From the NCBI GenBank assembly GCA_051294905.1, contig CM119372.1:38318001-38382000 (forward strand): a DNA stretch of 64,000 nt, in the 5' to 3' direction. The notes under the pieces were generated by a model that was not told where the DNA came from, ran no database searches, and worked only from the letters and a program-made list of their open reading frames with translations. This stretch comes from Botryllus schlosseri (taxonomy: Eukaryota). The number at the start of each line of letters is the position of its first letter. Position 1 is the first letter of the stretch. Of this stretch, positions 1-11,800 are shown in pieces. The position numbers and the translations under genes are program-made.

Positions 1-128
1 ATCTAATTTGGAAAAAACTGTGTAGCTCTAATTCTAATTCTAATCTAGTTTGAAAAAAACTGTGGAGCTCTAATTCTAATTCTAATCTAATTCAGAAAAG
101 CTGAAAATTTTCTAGTTGTCCAAGTCTG
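1..128. mobile_element. 3' end of a hAT-like MITE with internal (CTAATT)n subrepeats, truncated by the window edge
   Basis: Repeated ctctaattctaattctaatcta units, ending in a TIR-like gttgtccaagtctg. Confidence 0.45.
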
Positions 129-1070
129 CTTCAGAATGATGTTTTGGATTCAATATGACATGTCCAATCTATGAGATAACAATGGCGTATGTGTCCGAAC
201 TCGATGACCTTTCCAGTTAGGCTTACGCAATCTCTCTAGTTATAGTCATTTCCATTTCTGCAGATAATTTGTCAGGTATAGTGCGAGACTGCGAACATGA
301 ACCGTGTCGAATCTTTGTTCCGTATGCCGTTTACGCAGTTACCACACTTCAAGTCACAGCTCACCGGCAGACCTCTCGCGGCACATACGTTAAGATCACT
401 GTTATCGGGAAGCTCGTGTTACCGTACCACCAAGTCATTTGTTTACGTTGGAAAACGCCATTGTGACGTCATGTTGATAAAAAGTCGCTTGCAGCCCTTG
501 CCCCACCACCCGATATTGTCACGAGCCGCCACTGGTATTGAGGCAAATGAGACCAATTTACAGTCCCGGGAGTCCGATTCGTAACCACGGAATGGTATGG
601 GACGACAAATGCGCACATTACAAACGTTCTACTAGTACGCGGCGGATCGGCCAATTCCCTGATCCAACTCCGATTCGACTCCTAGGCCGGATTATTAAAA
701 TGGCCTAGATCCGATCCGAAAAACTCCGATAATATTCATCTACGAGTATTATTTCTAGTAAACCACAGTAGGCCATGACTAGTTTGATCATACGGCTCAG
801 GTTATATATTGAAAATTGCAACAAGAGAAGCATGACCATAAAAGTCACTGGTTCGTATTGAAAACAGGTTGTTATTTTCGGCTAATGGCGTGTAGTTAGT
901 AGTTATGTCATGCTCATCAATAGCCTCAATATCGATTTTGACATAATCAAAGATGCACGAATCCGGTAATAAAACAAAACCCAATACAACTTCATTGTAT
1001 GTCAGACGTGAAATGAGGGATGGGATCGAACCAATTCAAAATGAGCCGGTATCTGACGTTTGTTTATAAA

Positions 1071-1160
1071 CAGGACTGTGGAGTCGGTAAACTTCACGAC
1101 TGACTCCAACTCCTGACATTTTAAATATACCGACTATAACTCCGACTCCGACTCCTAAGT
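1071..1160. mobile_element. 5' end of a hAT-like MITE (GGAGTCGG / ACTCCG-repeat type)
   Basis: caggactgtggagtcgg followed by actccg repeats; partner end not found. Confidence 0.4.
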
Positions 1161-3310
1161 CTTTGAAGTTACCGACAGTGTTACCAATTTAATTTTGAAG
1201 TGAATTGGTAAACCATGTCGATGTCGCATCGCACATATGACGATTTATGAGGTGGCGGTTGCTGTAGGCCTATATGCATTATAGTGAAATAATGTCGGCA
1301 TATTCAGAAGATGTGTGTAATCAACTGACAGCGACGCATTGTCTAGTAAATCTGACGCAGATACTATTGAGGAATTATCACATTAAGGTAAGTCATTGAG
1401 TGGTAAGTAGTGTAGTTGGATTCGTTTCGTGCAGGCCAATCAAATTACGCCACGTCGCCTTAATTGCCACGCCCATAGTGCCACATCATCCATCCATTGC
1501 TATATCATCGCTGCATTGATTGCCGCATCTTGATACTTTTCTCAGATATTGTATTATGTGTATTTAGGACTAATATCATCCGTCCATATTTTTTAAACTT
1601 GATTTTATGTGTATAAGTTACGGTTTCTGCAGTTTCCACATTTTACGACTCATGATTGCCGCGTCAAAACTTACCTTGGCTAGAATCGACAGATTTTCTA
1701 TTATGTGTATTTAGGACTATGTATTTAAATTCCTATTCAGATTATACATAAATGCGAAAACTATGATGTCTATGTAAGGTTATATTCTCCGGATAATATT
1801 ATTAATATCAAAATTCTACACATCATCACTAATTACTTAATATAAAATGCGATTTTGAGCGCTGCGACTTGATAATATGAACCCCTACGCTTCTGATGCA
1901 TGATTTTTTGTGATAAGGACCTAGGTAACATTCAGAGTCTGCAACGATTGTTTGGATATACATTATAGCAATACCCCACTAAACTATAGGCGGTTATATT
2001 ACTCTATTGGTCAGAGATAACTCATCCGTCCATATTTTTAAACTTGATTTTATGTATACAAGTTACTGTCTCTGCAGCCTCCACATTTTACGACTTATTT
2101 TCATTAGACGCAGGCAAGCGATTCTCCAGTTCGGAGCTACGGAAACAAATCACTCGCATGTGCGCGTTCCGAATAGTCTTGTAGAATTTTCTAAAGTCGT
2201 AACAGCTTAGTAGCATATACGCGAATCCCAAGGTGAAAATAATCGAACGAACTATAGCCGTAGGCGTGCGATTCGCAGGGCTTTATTTATACAAACTCTA
2301 TCGATGCCTGTACGCGAACCCCAGCGTTAAAACGATTAGGTCTAATTAACACGTTCTGAAGCCGAAAATTTAGTCAACATCATTGAGATAGCCATGATCT
2401 GAAGATGGTGATCGAGTGTGACAATAGCACTCGCCAAGGTTAGACAAACATAACCTTAAACTACTCTCTACTTCACAAAATATAAAGTTATAAAAGTAAG
2501 CAGATTTCTATGAAAACCCGTGAAATAGAAGTAAAAGTAGCCTAGAAACATAACTACTTAATGAAAAATCGTGATTCTTGAAGTGACCACATTTCATACG
2601 ATTCAGTCCTTTTCATGTCACTAGAATAAGGTGATTAAACTGACAGTGAAACGCCGCCGGCGTCTTATAACGTAATAATGTAAGCTGCGTCGGGTGCTGC
2701 TATAATGTTAGGAGCGAATATAGTAGAAAGTTCACGTCTGGACATCTGTAAGCAGGTGCGCATACTACCGTAGTAAAACGCATAACAGAATTCACGCAAA
2801 AGTCGATATTGCTTTGTGATGCTTTTGATGTTGTTCCATACCGATTAGGAAGATAGGACTCCTAATTTCCTAACTAACTACATAATCCCTAGTAACGTAG
2901 TCAGACGCATAACGGAATTTACGCAAAATCGGTATTGCTCTGCGATAATTTTGACCACTATGTTTTGATAACTTGCTTCCGAGAAATAAATAACATTCAT
3001 TATACGTTAGATGATACTTTTCCTTGATATTCTATTATGTGTATTTAGGGCTAATGCGACATCACTATATTGGCAACAGGCCTGATTTGAACACACTAAT
3101 TTTGCGAATTAAACTTATCGCCCAACACGGACACTCAATGAAGAGCACCCCGGAGCAGTGGCGTAGCAGCCACTTGGCGGTTCTGGCTCTGCGCCAGGGG
3201 CGGCAGGCTCCAAAGGGGCGGCAAAATGAGGCTGCGCAGTGAGAGAGAGATATATAATATTCTTTTTCGCCTGCACCATCGAGATGCTTTGACGACGGAG
3301 ATGCGATACG

Positions 3311-4264
3311 CAGGACCGTAACTGCCGCACCCCAAACCCCCCAATTGGGGGGGGCGAGCTCGAAGGGGGCCCAAAATTATTTCGTGAATTAGCATAAATT
3401 ATAGAGTATTTTTTGAAAATTTATGCAATTTTTCAAAAAAATTTTCGCGCTACGTGCGATTTCAAGGTGCCAAATATCATGATTATTTTGTACTCTTCCC
3501 CCAAGAAAAGAGCACGCAAGATTTTTGGAAATGGACATATCGGCGTTGGTCAATACCACGACACGACGCACCAAGACATATAACGTTTTAGGACATATTA
3601 CATGCAACTCCAAGAAGTATGCCAGAACGATCGGCAGCGTAAAAACCTTGACCGAAAAGGACTGCCCTTACGCTGACTGAAAACTTTGTCATATATACAA
3701 AATACAGATAGCTTTAATTGTCCATAGCCTAGGCGCCTAAATGACCGACGCCGAATGTTCCTGTCTTGGCAATCTGAACCTCAGAAGACGAATTCCATCC
3801 CGCAGGGAAAAATTATACGCCAGTGAAGAAAAACCAATTTGAAATCGTGTGCGTCTTTTAGTTAAGTACGTTTGCCCGATTCTATATTTTTTGATGTAGC
3901 AGACAGGAGATCACGGAATAACATCATGTAACGAAGTCATACCAACGGGTCCGCCCGCCGAAGATGTTTAATTATTTTTACGAGACCTACAGTTTCCAAG
4001 ACACCTCCTTCAGCTCTACCGGTAAAACTGATAAAGTGAACAGAGAGGACAGGAAAATGATAGCAAAATATATGCAATTCCCGATCTTATTGAGCGATTT
4101 TATCATTAATTATGAAAAATGTTTGCGCTTAGCGCTGGCTCACTAAACAGCACGGCTAGTTGCGTGGAAAAAGCGATCAACACGATGGGGGGTCGGTTTA
4201 TCACCCTATGGGAGCCCAAGACCCAAGTTTTTCGGGGACCTGACGAAGTGCTGTTTCGTTCCTG
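3311..4264. mobile_element. hAT MITE nested in the hAT element; same family as 23683-24420
   Basis: Starts caggaccgtaactgccgcacccc; internal and 3' sequence similar to 23683-24420; TSD not evident. Confidence 0.65.
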
Positions 4265-4991
4265 CCAACGGGTCTGCACCCGAAGATGTTTAATTAATTT
4301 AATAAAATTTAATCAAACAGGTCTCAATCAAAAGCTAGTGTCGTGCTGATTCCGAAAACAGGAATTAATATGTTAACATGGCGATGGAACCACTCCGAAA
4401 TAGCCGTCATGGTCGATTGTTCGGAGAGTTCGCACAAAAAGAAGAATGCTTGGCGAACAATCAGAAAATGCTGGCCTCAGTGTTGTTGAAGAAGTTAGAC
4501 GATGCATGTTTTTCAACCTTTGGACAGATTTAAACTTGAAGCTGAAGCTAGGTTTACCGGCATACAACACTTAAATGATATGCTTCAATTTTTTTAATTC
4601 CCGCGCGCTGCTGCAAAGCGAAAGTCACAATTTATTCCCCGGGTGGCTCGGCTCTGAAGACTATGTCATATCGAGCCTCCCGTCTAACTTGCATGTCACA
4701 TTTCACTGTTACATTTTTCTAGTGTTATGTTGATATGTAATGTATACGAATAAAGATTCTCTCTCTCTCACCAGCGCTTTTAGGAGCACTTATGACGACA
4801 AGGTGGACTTTTTGGAGTTAACTGCGAAAATTGTCATGCCTTATACCTTCGAATTAGGGATCATATAAATCAGAAAATTGCTAGCTTTTCGTACAAACCA
4901 ATATGAGGCCTCTAGGACGAACACAAATTAAGATATGACCAAGATCATATGAAGTTGTTCAACTTGAGATTTTAAAAGGGTCAAGAGGCTG

Positions 4992-5300
4992 GTGCGGAGC
5001 AGTAAAACCACGTTTGATCGTAAAGCAACAACGTTTGATGTTTTACAGTGGTTAGTTAATGCAAAGCTACCTGATTCGACACCATATTTAGGCTCGTGTC
5101 TGAAACTTTACCTGACCATTGGTGTTTCAATTGCGAGCTGTGTGAGGAGCTTCTCAAAGCTTAAACTGATTAAATCTTATTTACGTTCTATACCAGTAAT
5201 GATGACCGGCTATCTGCTCTATCTATGCATTCTGTCTATAGAAAGAGACTACGTTCAAAAACTTGAATTTGAGGATATTATCGCTGATTTTGCTTTGAGG
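4992..5300 (+). pseudogene. hAT transposase C-terminal dimerisation domain fragment
   Basis: YLTIGVSIASCVRSFSKLKLIKSYLRS...LSIERD..FEDIIADFA matches the hAT C-terminal (hATC) motif; upstream part broken. Confidence 0.9.
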
Positions 5301-6429
5301 CGGCTATTGATTTTCTATTTTCACAATACATTCGTTCGCTATTTCTTGTCTTTATTATTTTTGGCCTTATTAACGTTGAGGCGGCGAGGCTGAGACGCGA
5401 CATATTATTTGTAATTATTTTTATTGACAAGATTGTTTGAACATGAATCTATGTCGAAATTTGCTGCGGTCTACTTAGGGGGGCGGCATTTTAACCGAGA
5501 GCCAGGGGCGGCAGCACATGCTGCTACGCCAGTGCCCCGGAGACCCGCATAAATGCTCCACAATTCTCGACATATAATATACTGAGCATATAATAAGCTA
5601 ACAAAACCTATACTTGAGTACTCCGAAATGTACAAGTACTTTAACTTTACACGACGTTTTTGTAAAATGAATACTAATTTTAATGGAAAATAAAAATTAT
5701 GTACTCAAGTAGGTTTTTGTCTACACGCACGAACTACTCAAGTGTTTATGACACAGGAATGATTCATTAAGTATACCGCAAGCAGGCCAAACCTATACTT
5801 GAGTACTCCAAAATGTACAAGTACTTCGCTATGTACCCCCTCCACGTAAAAAGTATCTATAGGTTTTAGACTACTTTATCGATTTTCGATGTTGCGCAAA
5901 TACCACAAACTTTGCTTTCTTTCAGAGCTGGCAACTAAATGCAAGACAGACTTTACGCAAAAGTCTCTATTCTGAAAATTTTATCAAGTTAATACATTAA
6001 AAACTTATACTTGAGCACTACGAAATGTACAAGTACTTTATCTTTACACGACGTTTTTGTAAAATGAATACTAATTTTATTGAAAAAATAAAAAATAAAA
6101 AAGAGAGAAAAATTACATTTTATCCCGGAACGCAAAAAGAAAAATCGTATGAATTTGTAAACTACTTATTCATGACATAGTAATAATTCTACTTGTACAC
6201 TTTTTCACATTTTATAACACTTTAAGTAGTACTTAACAGTTTCAGTTTTAAATAAAATACGGAATATAAACTAATCGAAAAATTCGGTAACCAATTGCGC
6301 GCAGGCTATGCATACAAATGAGGAAAGTTACATCAACACGCGTTAACTAGTTGTATCGAGTTATCGAATGATTTTTTCCTTACATCAAAACAACTAGAAC
6401 GTGAAACTACATTAAAAACGTATCTAAAT

Positions 6430-7460
6430 GAGCTCCAGGGCATTGTGATTATGCAGCATGCCAAATTTCATCAACCATTTCATGATGGAACAACTTTAAA
6501 ACTAACGCAGTTCTATAGCAACTTTCGCCTAAATCTGTTTTCGGTAGCGTATACATATACATAGTCAGCTTTAATAACAGAATTACCAAGCTAATATGTG
6601 ACTCCTCACCTTGCAACTTGGTACGTAGTTGTAGGACATTGTGATTATGTAGCATACCAAATTTCCTCACGCATTTCATAATGGAACAACTTTAAAACTA
6701 ACGCGGCTCTACATCGACTTTTTGCGTACATCTGTTTTGCGGGAGCGTATAGAACGTACCTATACATAGTTAACTTTATTAACGGAATTACCACGCTTAA
6801 CATTGAATCCCAACTCTAAACTTGATACGTAGTTGTAGGACATTATGGCAATGCACCATGCTAAATTTCATCACACATCTAAGGATGGAACACCTTTGAA
6901 ACTATCGCAGTCGAATATCGACTTTTACGCAAATCTGTTTTTCGTGAACATAGCATATGCCGATACATAGTCAATTTTAGTAACAGAATTAGCATGTTAA
7001 ACATTAAATTCTCACCTTGAACGTTGGTACGCAGTTGTAGGACATAATAACAATGCACCATACCAAATTTCGTCAGGCATTCCATGATGTAACACCTTTA
7101 AAACCAACGCAGTTCTATACAGACTTTTGGCTAAATCTGTTTTTCCGTAGCGTAGCACGTACCTATACATAGTCAACTTTAATAACGGAATTACCATATT
7201 AATAATCGACTCCCCCCCTTGAAACTCGCTACGCAGTTGTAAGACATTATGACAATGCACCATGTCTAATTTTGTTACGCATTTCATGATTGAACAACTT
7301 TTAAACTAACGCAGTTCCATACCGACCTTTGCGGGAGCGTAGCACGTACCTATGCATACTCAACTTTAATAACGGAATTACCGAGCTAAACATTGAATGC
7401 GCAACTTGAAGATTGGTTCACAGGTGTAGGACATTATGACAATGGAACATATCAAATACC
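6430..7460. repeat. Tandem array of ~5 diverged ~200-bp units (left arm)
   Basis: Recurrent catttcatgatggaacaactttaaaactaacgcagttctat and gtagttgtaggacatt blocks about 200 bp apart. Confidence 0.85.
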
Positions 7461-7872
7461 GTGTTTCCATGAAAATAACAAGACATTACACATCCAGTAT
7501 ACTTCCAATCGACATCGCGCTGGTTGATGCGGCGCTGTGCACCATATAGATGCGGCAATCAATGCGGTGATGATGTGGCAATGGATGATGTGGCACTATA
7601 GGCGTGGCACTTGATGATGTGGCGCAGATGATGTGGCAATGGGTGTGCTATAGGTGCGGCAATGGGTGGATGATGTGGCAAGGGGGTGTCCTATAGGTGC
7701 GACAGAAAAACACACATATTTGACCGTATGGTCTTAGTATGAACCGACATGCATTCGACTTGTGGAAAAATGTGTCGCACACTATTTCACCGAGATTACA
7801 ACCCTTTCACGGATATTCGTTGGTGCTATCGATACGGTGAACAGCACGTTATGTATAGCGATATCTCCACAG

Positions 7873-8148
7873 TCAAATACGCGAACCATGCACAACTATA
7901 TACCCCGACTTTCGTTGAATATTCACGACACCAACAAATCTGTACATCTCCTTTCCCTCGACATCAATGATAGAATCCTCATCCCAATGCGCAGTACGAA
8001 TGGTGGGTTCATCGGGTGTAAAATCCAAATCAAATGACACCAAGGTCTGCTTTCTCATTTTCAATATTTCCACCACCGCATCTTGTCTGTGTCTTAGCAC
8101 TACCGTGTGAGGATGGCGAAATCTGTGGGTGGTAACACGGATGGACAT
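7873..8148 (-). CDS. Small hypothetical protein (~91 aa, MSIRVTTHRF...), possible residual element ORF; left-arm copy
   Basis: Intronless ORF from an ATG, protein-like composition, same translation in both arms; no recognised family. Confidence 0.35.
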   Translation of the reverse strand: MSIRVTTHRFRHPHTVVLRHRQDAVVEILKMRKQTLVSFDLDFTPDEPTIRTAHWDEDSIIDVEGKEMYRFVGVVNIQRKSGYIVVHGSRI

Positions 8149-11100
8149 GATATTCTTCGATATGATCAACTGAAACCACGGATGTGGTGGGTTAGAGTCT
8201 TGTCGTGATGGTCCGTTTCGAAATGCAAGCGGATGAACTAGACCAAAAGTTTCGAAGATGCGTTTTATAATTGCTCTAGGTGTGAAATAGACATCGCACT
8301 CTTGCGGGGAAACAACACGAATTCAGTCTTCACACCGCAGAAACACAGCCGCTTGGTTAACATCACAAAACCGCAATTGAACTCAAGATTGCCATACACG
8401 GAATCGCTGTTAACGATGTCTGACTGCGGCGTTTCGACGAGTAACGAATTCTCGTATTTAGTATTGATTGTGACACATAGTCAAAACAGCGACAGTTTTC
8501 ACAACCCGGTACATACATTGAACCAACTGATGTAAGGTGAAACACTACGTTCACACCAAAAAAAGTTTGCAGGGTATGACCACCACCAACATATAGAGTA
8601 GTGAGTGAGTAATTAAACTACATACCCCGATTTTACTATATTCCGAGATCCGGATCACGATTCAAGTCTACCTGAGAATCCGAACTACCCTGTGAAGTTG
8701 ATATATCAAGTTGTGAACCGTGAAAGGGTTGTAATCTCGGTGAAATAGTGTGCGACACATTTTTCCACAAGTCCAATGCATGTCGGTTCATACTAAGACC
8801 ATGTTACGGTCAAATATGTGTGTTTTTCTGTCTCCAAGTCAGCTACCCCCACATTGAATGTACAGAGTCGGTGCATGTATGAGACTTCAGAACATGAATT
8901 TGTAATCCATGATGCTTGTAGTACCGGCCATGATGTTATCCATGATGTATGTAATGTCACACACCTCTTTTACGCGAATACTTGGTATCTATGAACAATC
9001 GTGAAGTATACTGGATGTGTAATGTCTTGTTATTTTCATGGAAACACGGGGGGGGGGGGTGTAACATGTTTGAATATTGTTCATTGGTTTGTCGATTCAG
9101 AGTTGATATCCGGATCCGGTTAATACTTTCTCGGGTTTCCGATTTCAAACTGAACGGTGGGATATGTATTGACCAATAAAGAGTGACACAATATAGTAAA
9201 CATGTGTGAGAAAACTCACAAGTAACCCGGATTTGTTAGCGCGACGGGGACATAAATTCAACCATTATCCGTGTACCAAGCAGTTACCAAAGTCATGGAG
9301 GTTGCTAATTTCAACATATTGACTCTGTGGGAGGCTAAAGCACGAACCGGGACACACACAGACACACACACACCAGGACACACAATATCCGTCGATTTCC
9401 AAAGCATACATTTCGATATACAAGAGCATATTGTTATTTCATGTGGTTAACCGTTGATATAGATGCGATGCGATCGACGCGGGTATACTCTGAAACCGGT
9501 TGTCCGTTTATATGAGAAAAGATGCTGTGAAGGACTTTAAAAAGCGGCAGTTGAGCAAGACGTAGTTTGCTTACTGCAGTAATTCATTTCACTTGCAGAA
9601 CTTCTATGGCCAAGCTCCACGTGTGTGTTTCAGAGTAGTTCCAAATGAATGAATTTCATTTTCACGTGCTTGAATTCGTTTTACCATACTGTAAAATACT
9701 TTTACATGCCCAAGTTGGGGATCCTCGTTACATTGTCTTCTTGTGTGTTGGTGATTAAATACATTGCGGCGCTGTCACTTGGCTCTTAATTGGGTTGTTT
9801 CATCTGAAAGAACTAATTTTGTCTGTTATAATACTTTATTAGACTTGTATGGCGAGGCGTCTGGTATCGAGAAGTGAGATCGCGAGCAATCATTGAGTCA
9901 GTCGTGATGTCTGATTGGGAGTGTCGGCCTCTTATATCCAGCAAGTGTAATGTGCCATATTAGGCCATAAGTATCGTAGGCCCCGCGTGAAGTGTACAAA
10001 TTTCGATGTTGCGCAAATACCACAAACTTTGCTTGCTTTCAGAGCCGGCAACTAAATTCAAGACAGACTTTACGCAAAAGTTGCTATTCTGAAAATTTTG
10101 TCAAGGTAATGGTTTGGAAACTTATACTTGAGCACTCGTACTTCTTGAGAATACCCAAGTAGGTTTTTTGCCTAGATGCACCACATAGTCTCAAGTCCTT
10201 ATGATATTGGAGTACATCAACTTCATGATAGCTAGAGTATTAAACAGTAATATACCTAGATACTAACGTTTTACTTACTCGGAAATGACTACTTCTACCT
10301 TATTTTAAAGGATACCTCGTTCGAAGCGAAATTGTATGTGGGTTTTGGATAACATCCAAGATGTAGGCTCACTTCGAAGGTTACTTCGTAAAACTCAAAT
10401 ATTGCGCAGTGAGAGTTCGCAAATTCTCGAAGTATTTTTGTTATTTTTATTGCGATAAGTCATTCTGCAGCGCGAAAATGCGTCGTAGGATATAGATGAA
10501 ACTAGCACCACTCATCAAGACCGCTGAAAACAGTACGTTTCAACATTTAGTAGCAGTAAATTTCTAGTAAAGTACAAGACGTGATGATTTCCGAGTGAGT
10601 TAAAAAGTATTGCAGGTATAGTTTACCTGAAAACCGAATACTCTGAAATAGAAGTAGATGCAGTGTAAATAGTTAATCACTTGATTAAGTTTAGCGCAAG
10701 CAGATAAAACCTATACTTGAGTAGTACAAAATGCACGAGTACTTCGCTATCGCCTCCCAGCACGTAATAAGTGCTTTTACCGATACTCGTCGGTTTCAGT
10801 TTTAGATAGAATTCAGAAACCAAATAATTTCATAAACATAAGCTAATTTAATGAATTTACTCGAATGTAGTATGCCGCGCTGATAAGATTAATTATAATA
10901 TACTTATCATGTTACAGCGATTTTTCTAGCGTAGAAAATCTTTAAAATGTAGTAAGCAGGCCAAATGAAGATATTCGTTGAGTTGAATAAACATAAAAAA
11001 TACTCTAGACCACTTTATCGGTACTTTACTGTTTCAGTTTTAGATAAAATTTGTCCCTTTCACCTATAATTACAACTCCTCGCTATCTAAACATGTTTAG

Positions 11101-11758
11101 AATATATTATTTGCGATGATACGAACCCGTGAAGTGCTCAAGTAGCTTTTCGTAGGATATAGATGAAACTGACAACACTCACCAAGACCGCTGGTCCACT
11201 GAAAAAAGTACATTGTAGCAGTAAAGTCCTACTAAAGTACAAGAAGTAATGATTTCCCAGTTAGTTGAAAAGTAAGTACTGAAGGTATAGTTTGCTGGAA
11301 AAAGCGAAAAACTCTGAAATCGAAGTAGATGCAGTGTAAATAGGTAATCACTTCATTAAGTATAGCGCAAGCAGGCCAAACCTATACTTGAGTACTGCAA
11401 AATGTACAAGTACTTCGCTATGTTCTCCCTCCACGTAAAAAGTGACTAGGTTTTAGACTACTTTATCGGTACTCGACAGTTTCAGTTTTAGATAAAATTT
11501 GGTAAGACTTTAAATTTTAAAGTAGTTTGAGCTTACGTTTGTATCACCTTGACAAGTAACATTATCAGACATGAAAATGATACTATCACTTAATATAGAA
11601 GTTAACACGCGTCAATGTGCTTCGGAATTCACGAGAAATTGCTTACTAAGAGAAGTATATTCTTGTATACACAATAGCGAAGAGAATCTTTAAAATGTAG
11701 TAAGCAGGCCGATGGGTATTCGTTTAGTTGTATAGGCATAAAAAACATTCCCGCGCGC

Positions 11759-11800
11759 TCTTAAACAAAACACTTCCTAACCCTACCACCTAATACTAAG
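11759..11800. other. 42-bp non-palindromic spacer at the palindrome axis
   Basis: cccgcgcgc|tcttaaacaaaacacttcctaaccctaccacctaatactaag|gcgcgcggg. Confidence 0.95.

Larger units (their letters stand above)
3156..5534 (+). mobile_element. Non-autonomous hAT DNA transposon inserted in the left palindrome arm
   Basis: TIRs cagtggcgtagcagc / gctgctacgccagtg (1 mismatch); 8-bp TSD ccccggag at 3148-3155 and 5535-5542; the empty site is present in the right arm (~18010-18020). Confidence 0.95.

Noticed and set aside
6430..7460. CRISPR-like or repeat-spacer array
   Set aside because: The ~200-bp units are homologous along their full length, with no unique spacers
11775..11790. True interstitial telomeric array
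   Set aside because: Only about 1.5 units of CCCTAA; noted only as loop composition
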